Source of the DNA: Rhizobiaceae bacterium
GTDB lineage: Bacteria; Pseudomonadota; Alphaproteobacteria; Rhizobiales; Rhizobiaceae
Assembly (NCBI GenBank): GCA_051009515.1
Contig: JBPCWM010000228.1
Span: 1-58,322 of the forward strand
Direction: 5' to 3'
Length of the DNA stretch: 58,322 nt
Of the stretch, positions 18,666 to 28,572 are shown piece after piece (positions within the stretch are counted from its first letter, which is position 1; every line of letters begins with the position of its first letter). The notes beneath the pieces were generated by a model, which saw only the letters and a list, made by a program, of their open reading frames with translations, ran no database searches and was not told the origin of the DNA. A program made the position numbers and the translations under genes.

Positions 18666-20092
18666 TGAGCGGCTCCCTGCCGCGACGCCACGTTATCGGG
18701 GCGATCATGTTCGTTCTGATTGTGAGCGAACTTGCCATACTCTACGCTCCCCACCCGGCCTTTAAAATATTGTCCATTGGGTGTGTGATTCTAATTCCTG
18801 TGCTGGCCTGTCGTTCATTGCGATTGCGCGAAGCCTATCTGATTGCAGTCTGTGCGATTTTGGTGATCGTCAGCTTTTTGACGCAGGCTCAGGCCATGCA
18901 GTGGGTGGAGGATGGACTGTCGCGTGCTGCCTTTCTTGCAAGTTTCATTCTATTGATGGCGCTGCTTCGCGAAGGAGCACTGACATCACCTTCAGTTGTA
19001 AAACTGGGGCAGTTCCTCACGCTGCAACCCCCAAAAAGAAGATTCCTTGCCGTGTTCACCGGATCACATGCCCTCTCCGTGATGATCAATCTTGGGTCCC
19101 TGTCGCTTCTTGCGCCAATCATCCAGCGAGGTGTGCGCGCGGGAAGGGACCCGGATGCGCCGCTGGACGAGGTTGGGCAAATCCGCGAGCGCCGACAATT
19201 AACAGCCGCTTTGCGCGGGTTTTCCTGGTTTCTGGTCTGGGCCCCAACAGCGGTCACTCAGGCTGTCATGCCCACATTGATGTCCGGCATTGATGCCTTG
19301 CGACTAATGCTACTGGGTTTGCTTCTGGCCCTGTTGATGACCGTCTTGAGCTGGACGGAGGATTGGCTGCGCTGGCGCAAGATTGGGCAACGAATCCGCG
19401 CTGGCGGTCTGCTTGGAGATGTGCAACCTCAACAATTTCCAGCTCGTGCCGCTGCAAACTTCTCCCTTGTGTGTGCGGGCCTATTCGTATGCTCAATTCT
19501 TGCTGCGCAGATTTGGGATGTATCAATAGTCACAGGCGTGATGCTATCTGCGCCGATAATTGTGACTGTGTGGGTATTTGTTCAGCAACCTTCGAGCCAC
19601 CGCACGCGATCAACGATAAACCGCATCGACGAAATCGGAATTTCAGCAATGCCCGGCTATGTTCGCGAAGTTGTGTTTATCGCCTGCGCCGGATTTATCG
19701 GTACCGTGGGAGCCCAGCTCGTTCCCGTGGACGACATCGCGATGGCCATTGGCCTACAATCCATGCCGGGTTGGATTGTCCTGTGGACCCTGTCCATGAG
19801 TGTTTGGCTCCTGGGTCAGGTTGGATTGAGCCCCATAACGATGGCAATATTTCTGGCCAGCATAATCGCACAAATCAACAACCTACCGGCAGATGTGACC
19901 CATGCGGCATTGGCCATAGCCACCGGCACCGCCATCTGTACAGCAGGCGCTCCTTTTTCCTCAGGTGCGGTCATGCTGGCACGGGCGACCGGCTATTCGA
20001 GTTTTACACTAACCTGGCGCTGGAACGGGACTTACACCCTTTGTGCGATGGTTGTTCTGGCAGTCTTTTATTGGATACTTGAAGGCCTGTAA
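18665..20092 (+). CDS. Multi-pass membrane protein, putative transporter
   Basis: About 12 hydrophobic segments; GTG start overlaps the moaA stop by 1 nt. Confidence 0.7.
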   Translation: MSGSLPRRHVIGAIMFVLIVSELAILYAPHPAFKILSIGCVILIPVLACRSLRLREAYLIAVCAILVIVSFLTQAQAMQWVEDGLSRAAFLASFILLMALLREGALTSPSVVKLGQFLTLQPPKRRFLAVFTGSHALSVMINLGSLSLLAPIIQRGVRAGRDPDAPLDEVGQIRERRQLTAALRGFSWFLVWAPTAVTQAVMPTLMSGIDALRLMLLGLLLALLMTVLSWTEDWLRWRKIGQRIRAGGLLGDVQPQQFPARAAANFSLVCAGLFVCSILAAQIWDVSIVTGVMLSAPIIVTVWVFVQQPSSHRTRSTINRIDEIGISAMPGYVREVVFIACAGFIGTVGAQLVPVDDIAMAIGLQSMPGWIVLWTLSMSVWLLGQVGLSPITMAIFLASIIAQINNLPADVTHAALAIATGTAICTAGAPFSSGAVMLARATGYSSFTLTWRWNGTYTLCAMVVLAVFYWILEGL

Positions 20093-20098
20093 TACAGT

Positions 20099-21910
20099 CT
20101 AACCTTCAAGCTCTTCCTGAAGCATTTCCAGTTCAAGCCAGCGCTGCTCCTTTGCATCCAGTTCTGCTTGCGTCTTTTCAAGCAATCTCACCAACTGGTT
20201 GAACCGTTTTGCATCGCGCTCAAACAACCCCGGTTCGGCAAGCGCCTGGTTCACCTTGCGGATATCCCCCTCCAGCTTGTTGATTTCTGCAGGCAGATTG
20301 TCCAGGGCATGTTTGTCTTTGAAGCTGAGCTTGGATGGTGGTTTGGCCTGCTCGTTGTGAGTTCCGGATTTGGGCTTCTGGATTGCTTTTTCACCGGATT
20401 GAAGGGGCGTAGCCGCTGGTTCTGATTGTCGCTGGCTCATCATGTCGGAATAGCCACCGGCATATTCCACCCAACGACCATTGCCTTCAGGTACGATTAC
20501 GGATGTACAGACCCTGTCGATGAAATCTCTGTCGTGACTAACAACAATTACTGTGCCCTCATAATCTGCAATCATCTCCTGCAGCAGGTCCAGCGTTTCC
20601 AGGTCCAGATCATTGGTTGGCTCGTCCAGGACCATGAGATTGGAGGGCAAGCGCAATTGCATGGCCAGCATCAGACGACCGCGTTCACCACCGGACAGGT
20701 GTGACACAGGCGTCCGGGCCTGCTCAGGCAGAAACAGAAAATCTTTCATATAGGCCATGACATGTTTGCGCGTATCGCCCACTGCCACAACATCGGATCC
20801 ACCACCGGTCAATGCACCCTTGACCGTCATGTCCGGTGACAGGGAGGCACGCTTTTGGTCCACCACCAGCATTTCAACATTCGCACCCGGCTTGACGGTT
20901 CCGCTGTCAGGTTGCAATTGGCCTGTCAGAAGTTTCACCAAAGTCGTCTTGCCAACGCCATTTGGTCCAACCAGACCCAGACGGTCACCGCGGGCAATGC
21001 GAGTTGAGAAATCTTTCACCAAAATTTTGTCACCAAAGGATTTGGAAATCTTTTCAACTCTGGCAACCAATTTCCCCGAGGCATCGGCCTCAGCAACCGT
21101 CATGGAAACATTGCCAGTGGGTTTGAGACGCTCGGCACGCTGCTGGCGCAGTTTACCCAGATCTCCAAGTCGTTTCATGTTGCGTTTGCGCCGTCCTGAA
21201 ACACCATGGGTGACCCAATGCTCTTCACGCACAATCTTGCGGTCAAGCTTGTGGGCATCAAGTTCTTCTTGCTCCAACACCGTGTCCCGCCAGGATTCGA
21301 ACTTGGAAAATGGCGCTTCCAGCAATCGGGTGTGCCCCCGGTCCACCCAAAGCGTTGAACGCGACAGATTTTCCAGGAAACGGCGGTCGTGGCTGATGAG
21401 GACAACCGCAGAGCGCACGCGAGAAAGTTCTGCCTCCAGCCATTCAATGGCAGGCAGGTCGAGATGGTTGGTCGGTTCATCGAGCAGCAATATGTCAGGT
21501 TCCGGGGCCAGAACACGTGCCAGCGCAGCACGGCGGGCTTCTCCCCCAGAAAGGTTGACCGTCGCCTCAGCACCCGTCAGTCCAAGCGTTTCCAACAGAT
21601 AGCTGGCGCGATAGGGGTCATCAGCCTCTTCAAGACCCGCTTCAACGTAGTCCAATATCGTATCATGGCCAGAAAAATCAGGCTCCTGTGGAAGATAACG
21701 CACTGTTGTTCCGGGCTGAAAGAATCGCTCCCCGGCATCAAATTCCAGCTCTCCTGCAGCGATTTTTAGCAAGGTGGACTTGCCCGATCCATTGCGCCCC
21801 ACAAGACACAAGCGTTCGCGTGCGTGAACGGCCAGGTCCGCTCCGGTGAAAAGCGGAGTGGAGCCAAAGGTCAGGTGGATATCAGTCAGGGCAAGCAGTG
21901 GTGGGGGCAT
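20099..21910 (-). CDS. uup: ABC-F family ATPase (Uup-like)
   Basis: Two ABC cassettes (GRNGSGKST/LSGGE/LDEPTNHLD and GPNGVGKTT/LSGGE/LDEPTNDLD), no TM segments, C-terminal KLSFKD...RWLELE coiled coil. Confidence 0.85.
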   Translation of the reverse strand: MPPPLLALTDIHLTFGSTPLFTGADLAVHARERLCLVGRNGSGKSTLLKIAAGELEFDAGERFFQPGTTVRYLPQEPDFSGHDTILDYVEAGLEEADDPYRASYLLETLGLTGAEATVNLSGGEARRAALARVLAPEPDILLLDEPTNHLDLPAIEWLEAELSRVRSAVVLISHDRRFLENLSRSTLWVDRGHTRLLEAPFSKFESWRDTVLEQEELDAHKLDRKIVREEHWVTHGVSGRRKRNMKRLGDLGKLRQQRAERLKPTGNVSMTVAEADASGKLVARVEKISKSFGDKILVKDFSTRIARGDRLGLVGPNGVGKTTLVKLLTGQLQPDSGTVKPGANVEMLVVDQKRASLSPDMTVKGALTGGGSDVVAVGDTRKHVMAYMKDFLFLPEQARTPVSHLSGGERGRLMLAMQLRLPSNLMVLDEPTNDLDLETLDLLQEMIADYEGTVIVVSHDRDFIDRVCTSVIVPEGNGRWVEYAGGYSDMMSQRQSEPAATPLQSGEKAIQKPKSGTHNEQAKPPSKLSFKDKHALDNLPAEINKLEGDIRKVNQALAEPGLFERDAKRFNQLVRLLEKTQAELDAKEQRWLELEMLQEELEG

Positions 21911-22088
21911 GTGGACAATGGGCTTTTTCAGGCTTGCCGGATATAGACTGCTCTTGGGTGCACGTAAATGTTATATCCTGGCCCGCTTGACTATTCCGGC
22001 GCTCCGCTTCTATCGAATTATTGACACTATTGGACTGCAAATTTAGCCCAATTATCCCCCTCCACCACCGGCAACTTGGAACAAATCT

Positions 22089-23093
22089 ATGACACACCTG
22101 ATTTCACGACGAACATTCGTGCTGGCCTCAGCAGCTCTCGCTGTCTCCAACACCCCAATTTTTGCATTCGCCAGGGAACAGTTGATCCCCGCTGACAAGC
22201 TTAAACCGGGGCAATGGGAGTGGTATCCAGAACGTGCTCTTGCCGGACCTGTGGTCGTGGTGGTCACGCTGAGCGACCAACTGGCATATGTCTACAGGAA
22301 CGGTATCCGGGTCGGCGTATCAACCGTATCTTCTGGCAAAAAGGGATATGAAACCCCCACCGGCGTGTTCACGGTCCTACGCAAGGAACGCATGCATCAT
22401 TCGCACAAATACCATAATGCCGCGATGCCAGACAGCCAGTTCTTCTATGGTGGAGCAGCACTCCATGCGGGCGGTCTGCCCGGATATCCAAGTTCCCATG
22501 GCTGCGTCCATCTTCCACGCGCCTTTGCAGACCGGTTGTTTGCAATTACCCATAACGGCACACCGGTTATCGTGACCAATCAACATTCGGGTATGGGCAG
22601 CTTGTCACACGCAGGACTGCTGCTGTCGAATAATGACGCAAAGCAGATTGAGAAACTAACCGGAAATGTCCGCACAAGAACCCTGCCTGTTGACAAAAAA
22701 GGGTACAGCAAATCAGCCTTCAGTGTCGTGGTGAGCGGTGCTGACAAACATCTTTACGCATTTGAGAATGGTGCGCTGAAATTCGATTCTCCAATCAAGA
22801 TAAGCCGTGGCAGGTCTTTGGGAGAGCATGTGTTCGTACTGAAAGGCCATGGCAAAAAGAGCAGTCACCTCGATTGGATCGCAGTTGGCCTGGGTAATCC
22901 CTCCACGCATAATGTCAATCAGCACGCAGAACTGGCCGCGACACAAAGACTGCTGATTCCAAACAGTATTCGCAGTCAGATTTCAAGAAACCTGCACCCG
23001 GGTTCAACGTTCGTCATTACAGAACTGTCAGCTCATCCCTCAACCAGAACCGCAGAAGATTTCGTGGTCATGAGGGTCGGCAACGGCGCGTAG
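22089..23093 (+). CDS. L,D-transpeptidase (YkuD family) with Tat-like signal
   Basis: SRRTFV; VSSGKKGYETPTGVF; ALHAGGLPGYPSSHGCVHL catalytic motif. Confidence 0.88.
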   Translation: MTHLISRRTFVLASAALAVSNTPIFAFAREQLIPADKLKPGQWEWYPERALAGPVVVVVTLSDQLAYVYRNGIRVGVSTVSSGKKGYETPTGVFTVLRKERMHHSHKYHNAAMPDSQFFYGGAALHAGGLPGYPSSHGCVHLPRAFADRLFAITHNGTPVIVTNQHSGMGSLSHAGLLLSNNDAKQIEKLTGNVRTRTLPVDKKGYSKSAFSVVVSGADKHLYAFENGALKFDSPIKISRGRSLGEHVFVLKGHGKKSSHLDWIAVGLGNPSTHNVNQHAELAATQRLLIPNSIRSQISRNLHPGSTFVITELSAHPSTRTAEDFVVMRVGNGA

Positions 23094-23145
23094 AGCAGGC
23101 TTTGACCACTGCCAAACCGGCCAGGCCTTTACGAACAAAGTCTGG

Positions 23146-24549
23146 TCAGTTGGTTTCCTTGAAACTGCGCCCCATGGAATCAAATAGCGGCTGCAAGGCA
23201 TAACTCATGAAAACCCGCGGGCCTGCCTGGGCATAAACCTCGGTTGCCATTCCGGCCTGGATTTCGTGAAAGCCTTGGTGTTTGTCGGGATCATGGATAA
23301 GCCGAGCACGGGCCAGAAAATAAGTTTCTCCCGTCATCTCATCCACTGCCGAATCGGCGGAAACATAGCTGACCACCCCCTCGATCGGATCATACGTCCG
23401 GCGGTTGAACGCAGTGATGATAATGCGGGCATCCTGACCTTCGCTGACGCTGTTTATGTCGGCAGGCAGGATCCGAAATTCTGTTTCCAACCCGGAATTC
23501 TGGGGAACAATTTCAGCGATGACTTCCCCACCACGGATAACTCCGCCGTTGGTATGAGCAGCCATTTTGACAATGGTTCCACTTTCGGGAGCTCGCAGTT
23601 CGGTCAGGTTGACACTGCTTTGAGCGGCCGAAATCTGATCCTTGATCTGCTCAAGCTCAGTAATGACCGACGTCAGCTCTTCCGATCGTTTTTCCCGATC
23701 CGCTTCTTTCAATTGGGCCAGTTTTGCCTGTGCTTCCAGTATTTTTTGTTCAGTTGCATCTATCTCAGATTCCAGATTGCCTATCTGAGAAATCTGGTCC
23801 AGACGCGTTTTGTCCAGATCCCAGAGCCGAGACTTGGCCAGATATCCTTCTTCAACCAAAGGCTCAACTTTTGCCAATTCCATCTTGGTGATTTCCAGAA
23901 GCTGACGCACGCTGTCCAACTGAGTTTCGAAGCCGTCCTTTTGATCTTTCAGTGACTCGATCTGATGATTTGCTGCATCCAGCTCAGCGTTCAGCCGTTT
24001 GCGGCCTGCATCAAATTCGATCTGCTGTTCAACCAAAATGCGGCTGTTGATAACCGATTCGCCTTCCATGGCCGCTGTATGCTGCGGACCGCGCAACTTC
24101 AGGCCGGAAACCGACACCGTATTGCCGAATTCTGCACCACTGGCCTCCGCCTCCAAACGACCTTTGAGCGCCGTCAGCATGCTTTTTTGGGCTAAGAGTT
24201 TTGTCAGTTCTGCCTGGCTCCCGGACGGATCCAACAACAGCAGGACTGTACCGGTGTCCACGAATGCTCCGTCTTCAACCAGAATGTCCTGAACCACACC
24301 TCCGGTGGGATGCTGGATCAGTTTGTTCTGCCCGGCCGATACAACCTTGCCACTGGCGACAACCGCAGATGCGATGGGGAACAAGGTGGCCCACAGCAGG
24401 AACAAAATAAAGAATCCAAATACGAACAATCCACCCCATCGCACAATTCGACTGGTATCAGTGGGCACCTGTTTCTGCCAGGCACCAGCTTCACTGGGCA
24501 GCCATTGCGATTCCTGATCAAGGAGGTTGTTTATGCTTTCAGTTTTCAT
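23146..24549 (-). CDS. Type I secretion membrane fusion protein (HlyD/PrtE family)
   Basis: N-terminal TM, IQHPTGGVV, long coiled coil, LRAPESGTI, GMATEV. Confidence 0.9.
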   Translation of the reverse strand: MKTESINNLLDQESQWLPSEAGAWQKQVPTDTSRIVRWGGLFVFGFFILFLLWATLFPIASAVVASGKVVSAGQNKLIQHPTGGVVQDILVEDGAFVDTGTVLLLLDPSGSQAELTKLLAQKSMLTALKGRLEAEASGAEFGNTVSVSGLKLRGPQHTAAMEGESVINSRILVEQQIEFDAGRKRLNAELDAANHQIESLKDQKDGFETQLDSVRQLLEITKMELAKVEPLVEEGYLAKSRLWDLDKTRLDQISQIGNLESEIDATEQKILEAQAKLAQLKEADREKRSEELTSVITELEQIKDQISAAQSSVNLTELRAPESGTIVKMAAHTNGGVIRGGEVIAEIVPQNSGLETEFRILPADINSVSEGQDARIIITAFNRRTYDPIEGVVSYVSADSAVDEMTGETYFLARARLIHDPDKHQGFHEIQAGMATEVYAQAGPRVFMSYALQPLFDSMGRSFKETN

Positions 24550-26306
24550 CCTGTCGCCTCCTTCCCTCGCTTGCCCTTAAGTTTACCGAAAGCCGGCAGC
24601 GGCTTCTGCGAAGACGACGAGGGTGAGGCCTGCGCGACAGTCGCAATCGGTGGTGCAGACGAAACCATTTTTCGATTTCGCTGCGGTCTTGGTTGTTCCC
24701 TTGCCGAAGAAAAGTCTGACACCTTACCGTCGCGAATTGTCATGACGTAGTCAGCAACCTGCAGGATCGACCTGCGCTGGGTCACAACAATGATTGTGCG
24801 CCCATCGTCCTTTGCTCGCTTCATGGCTTCCATCAACTGCCCTTCACCCTGGGCATCAAGATGAGCATTGGGTTCGTCAAGCACCAGCACTCTGGGATTG
24901 GAATAAAGGGCACGCGCAAGCGCAATTCGCTGTTTTTGTCCACCGGACAAGAGCAATTTACCTGGGCCAATTTCCGTGTTGTAGCCATCGGGAAGGCTTG
25001 TGATCAGATCATGTACGCCCGCAGCCTTTGCAGCAAGCACGACTTTTTCTGAAACCGGCTCCAGCTCCAGACGAGCGATGTTTTCTGCCAGACTGGCTGG
25101 GAACAGGGTGATTTCCTGACTTACATAGCCAACGGACTGCCCCCATTGCTCTTCCGGCCATTGGGACCTTTGGGCACCATCCAGCATGATTTGCCCGCTA
25201 TCTGCTGCAATCGCACCGACCAGTGCCTTGGCGACAGTAGATTTTCCTGCTCCGGAAGGGCCGATAATAGCCAGGATCTTTCCTGCGGGCACTTCGAAAC
25301 TGACTTCATCGAGAATAGGTTTGGCATTGGGGTCCTGTGAGGGTGAATAGCTCAAGTTTTCAACCTTGATGTACCCTTCCGGATCTGGCAGCCGCACCAA
25401 CGGGTCTGATATCGGTGCATTGGCCAGATAGTCCTGCAGATTTTTGTGGGCCTCCCGCGCACCGGAAATGCGATCCCAACCACCAATCACCTGTTCCACC
25501 GGAGCAAGTGCGCGACCGGAGATCATAGAAGCGGCAAATATGACTCCTCCGGAAATTTCACCGGCAATGACGAGATAGGCACCACAGGCCATGATAAGAA
25601 TTTGCAGAATTTTGCGAACTGACTTGGAAACACCGTAGTAGACCGAGCTTTGCCCGGCGGAGACATCGCCCGACTGCATGGAAATAGCCATTTTCTGCCC
25701 CCATCTCCGCATGACTGATGGCAGCAACCCCATGGCCCGAATGTCTTCGGCCCTCATGAACACGGTTTGGGCAAAGGTTAGCGCCTCCATGTCGGCTTGT
25801 TTGGACTGATCAGTGGTTTGGGCAGTCGAGACCTTGTTCATCCAGGCCACCGCGATCAAAAGCCCTGCACCTATTAGCGTAACTATGCCTAATGCGTAGT
25901 GCAGCAAAAACATCAACAGAATGAATAGAGGAACGAAGGGTAGATCAAATAGGCCGGCCAGCGAACGACTGGCAATGAAGCTGCGCACCGAATTAAAGTC
26001 CCTCAGCACCTGACTTGAACCTTTTGCCCCATCAACATTGTGGGACAATCTGGCAAAGAGAGGATCAGACAGAGCAACCGTGTAGCGAGCTGATGCGCGT
26101 TGCGCCAATTTTCCGCGAACAGCTTCCGCTACGCCATAAAGAACCATTGCTGCAATTGCTATTAGAGAAAGAAAAATGAGTGTTTCCAGAGAGTTGAACG
26201 TCAAGACGCGATCGTAAACCTGTAACATATGCAGGGGAGGAACGATCATGAGCAGATTGGTTGCAATCGAAAATATCGCAATCCATTTCAACGGAAGTCG
26301 TTCCAC
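24546..26306 (-). CDS. Type I secretion ABC permease/ATPase (PrtD family)
   Basis: MLQVYDRVL, FDLPF, GRALAPVEQ, GPSGAGKST, LSGGQKQRIALARA, LDEPNAHLD; true start uncertain. Confidence 0.9.
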   Translation of the reverse strand: MERLPLKWIAIFSIATNLLMIVPPLHMLQVYDRVLTFNSLETLIFLSLIAIAAMVLYGVAEAVRGKLAQRASARYTVALSDPLFARLSHNVDGAKGSSQVLRDFNSVRSFIASRSLAGLFDLPFVPLFILLMFLLHYALGIVTLIGAGLLIAVAWMNKVSTAQTTDQSKQADMEALTFAQTVFMRAEDIRAMGLLPSVMRRWGQKMAISMQSGDVSAGQSSVYYGVSKSVRKILQILIMACGAYLVIAGEISGGVIFAASMISGRALAPVEQVIGGWDRISGAREAHKNLQDYLANAPISDPLVRLPDPEGYIKVENLSYSPSQDPNAKPILDEVSFEVPAGKILAIIGPSGAGKSTVAKALVGAIAADSGQIMLDGAQRSQWPEEQWGQSVGYVSQEITLFPASLAENIARLELEPVSEKVVLAAKAAGVHDLITSLPDGYNTEIGPGKLLLSGGQKQRIALARALYSNPRVLVLDEPNAHLDAQGEGQLMEAMKRAKDDGRTIIVVTQRRSILQVADYVMTIRDGKVSDFSSAREQPRPQRNRKMVSSAPPIATVAQASPSSSSQKPLPAFGKLKGKRGKEATG

Positions 26307-26503
26307 AATCTGGTCTTCAGGCTACTCAAAACAAATCTGGCGGTAGTATATTTTTGCAGGAAAAGCCTAACAAACTCTGGACAAACCGAAGGCTGGTCGA
26401 GACAGACAGGCGCATGCTGTAGCAAATGGTCATTTACCTGGGTCACCGGGTCGTAATAGCATTGGATCAACACCTGCCCTGCGAACCATTTGTGGAGACT
26501 GAC

Positions 26504-28264
26504 TTGGCCCTTTCAAACACTTCCCTGATCGCCACCCTTTTCACCTTTACCCTGCTCCTTCCCGCTTCGGCTCAACAGGCAACTGACGAGGTTTCCCCTG
26601 AAGCGGCCATCTCATTGAGTACCAAGAAGAACGGCAAGCCGGTTCACGCTAAAAACTGGATGGTTTCGGTCGCCAACCCAGTCGCAGCCAGCGTTGCTGC
26701 AAGAATCCTTGAAAAAGGGGGCAGTGCAGCAGACGCTGCCATTGCGGCACAGGCCATGCTAGGGCTGGTGGAACCGCAAAGCTCCGGGCTGGGTGGCGGT
26801 GCATTTCTGGTCCATTACGATAGTACGAGCGGCAAGATTACAACGCTTGACGGACGCGAAACTGCTCCGGCGGCAGCAACGCCAAAACTGTTTCAAAATG
26901 AGCAGGGCGAGCCACTGAAATTCTTTGACGCCGTCGTTGGTGGACGCTCGGTTGGCACGCCCGGCACCCCTGCCCTAATGGGCGAAATGCATCGCAAATG
27001 GGGAAAATTGCCATGGTCCGAGTTACTCAACCCCGCCATTCAACGCGCCAGGGAAGGTTTTACCGTGTCTGCCAGATTGGCGGGGCTGGTGGAAACTGAC
27101 AAGGAGCGGCTGTCGCGCCAAAGTACCACCCGCAACTACTTCCTGCCCGAAGGCAAGCCAATTGCCGTCGGAGCCGTTGTCAAAAACCAGGCCTATGCCA
27201 ATGTGCTGGAAGGCATGTCCAAAGACGGTGTGGCGGTGTTTTACGAAGGCAAGATTGCAGCGGACATTGTCAACACAGTCACAGGATTTACCGAAAATCC
27301 CGGCCTGTTGGCTCAAACTGATCTCGCAGATTATGAAGTGAAGGAGAGAGCAGCGGTCTGCGCACCCTACCGAGCCTATTCGGTCTGCGGCATGGGACCA
27401 CCCTCCTCTGGCGCTTTGACCGTTGGTCAAATTCTTGGAATGCTGCAACCTTATGATCTGGCCAAGCTTGGCGCGCAAAATCCCGAAAGCTGGCGTTTGA
27501 TCGGTGATGCATCGCGATTGGCCTTTGCCGATCGTGGTCGGTATATGGCGGACTCAGATTTTGTTGATATGCCGACTAAAGGGCTGCTGAAGCCAGGCTA
27601 TCTGAAAACCCGCTCGGCACTGTTGAATTCCAAAATGGCACTTGAAAAAGTGGAGCCCGGCGAGCCGGAATGGGATGATACCCAATTGTGGACAGATGAT
27701 GATTCCATTGAATTCCCCTCAACGACCCATTTGTCTATCGTGGACGGCGAAGGCAATGCAGTTTCCCTGACCTCTACCATTGAAAACGGGTTCGGTTCAC
27801 GGCTCATGACCAATGGATTCCTGCTCAATAATGAACTCACCGACTTTTCGTTTCGCGACCAGCGCGACGGCAAACCCATCGCAAATCGAGTCGAAGCGAA
27901 AAAACGTCCCCGCTCTTCCATGGCTCCAACAATCGTTTTTAAGGACGACAAACCCGTTTTGGTGATTGGCTCCCCGGGTGGCAGCCGCATCATCGGCTAT
28001 GTTGCCAAAACCATTATTGCCCATCTTGATTGGGACATGGATATCCAAAAAGCCATATCCAGCCCTCATTTGGTGAACCGCTTTGGTAAATTTGACGTGG
28101 AAGCAGGAACTGAAGCCGAAACGCTCATCCCGCAATTGCAAGCACTTGGATTTGAAGTGGGCAGCCGAAACCTGACCAGCGGCCTGCACGGCATTGCCAT
28201 TGGTGTGGATTATCTTGAGGGAGGGGCAGACCACCGTCGCGAAGGAATCGTGCTTGGGAACTAG
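26504..28264 (+). CDS. ggt: Gamma-glutamyltransferase (exported)
   Basis: EPQSSGLGGG, DGRETAP, nucleophile STTHLSIVD, LNNELTDF, KRPRSSMAP, GSPGGSRI; TTG start after GGAGA. Confidence 0.93.
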   Translation: MALSNTSLIATLFTFTLLLPASAQQATDEVSPEAAISLSTKKNGKPVHAKNWMVSVANPVAASVAARILEKGGSAADAAIAAQAMLGLVEPQSSGLGGGAFLVHYDSTSGKITTLDGRETAPAAATPKLFQNEQGEPLKFFDAVVGGRSVGTPGTPALMGEMHRKWGKLPWSELLNPAIQRAREGFTVSARLAGLVETDKERLSRQSTTRNYFLPEGKPIAVGAVVKNQAYANVLEGMSKDGVAVFYEGKIAADIVNTVTGFTENPGLLAQTDLADYEVKERAAVCAPYRAYSVCGMGPPSSGALTVGQILGMLQPYDLAKLGAQNPESWRLIGDASRLAFADRGRYMADSDFVDMPTKGLLKPGYLKTRSALLNSKMALEKVEPGEPEWDDTQLWTDDDSIEFPSTTHLSIVDGEGNAVSLTSTIENGFGSRLMTNGFLLNNELTDFSFRDQRDGKPIANRVEAKKRPRSSMAPTIVFKDDKPVLVIGSPGGSRIIGYVAKTIIAHLDWDMDIQKAISSPHLVNRFGKFDVEAGTEAETLIPQLQALGFEVGSRNLTSGLHGIAIGVDYLEGGADHRREGIVLGN

Positions 28265-28266
28265 AC

Positions 28267-28572
28267 TTACCCGTCCAGATTGATATTCGACACTGTAATT
28301 GCCCATTGCGCCCCGTGCATATCCCGATCCAACCGACTGCCCTGGACTTGGGGCCGTGGCAGGCTGAATTTTATTACGTGGAGATCAGGTAAAACATAGC
28401 GATTCAACCGATCTTCAGGTTGATGGAGTTGCTGTGCCACGATTTCGGTCGAGAGTTGGTTTTCTATCCTTTGGAAGGCTTCTTCATTCCCGCAAAACAC
28501 ATCAATTGTTAGCCAGAAAGGGCCCGCATTTTTTGATCTGACCTTGTGAACCACATCACCGAGTATGGCCAT
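28267..28572 (-). CDS. DUF4387-family protein (AtuA C-terminal-like small partner)
   Basis: VRSKNAGPFWLTIDVF, IKFSLPRP.VQG...DRDMHGAQ; overlaps the upstream AtuA-like gene. Confidence 0.8.
   Translation of the reverse strand: MAILGDVVHKVRSKNAGPFWLTIDVFCGNEEAFQRIENQLSTEIVAQQLHQPEDRLNRYVLPDLHVIKFSLPRPQVQGSRLDRDMHGAQWAITVSNINLDG

Noticed and set aside
20757-21602. 281-aa plus-strand ORF
   Set aside because: Antisense to the ABC-F gene; Ser/Arg-rich shadow composition.
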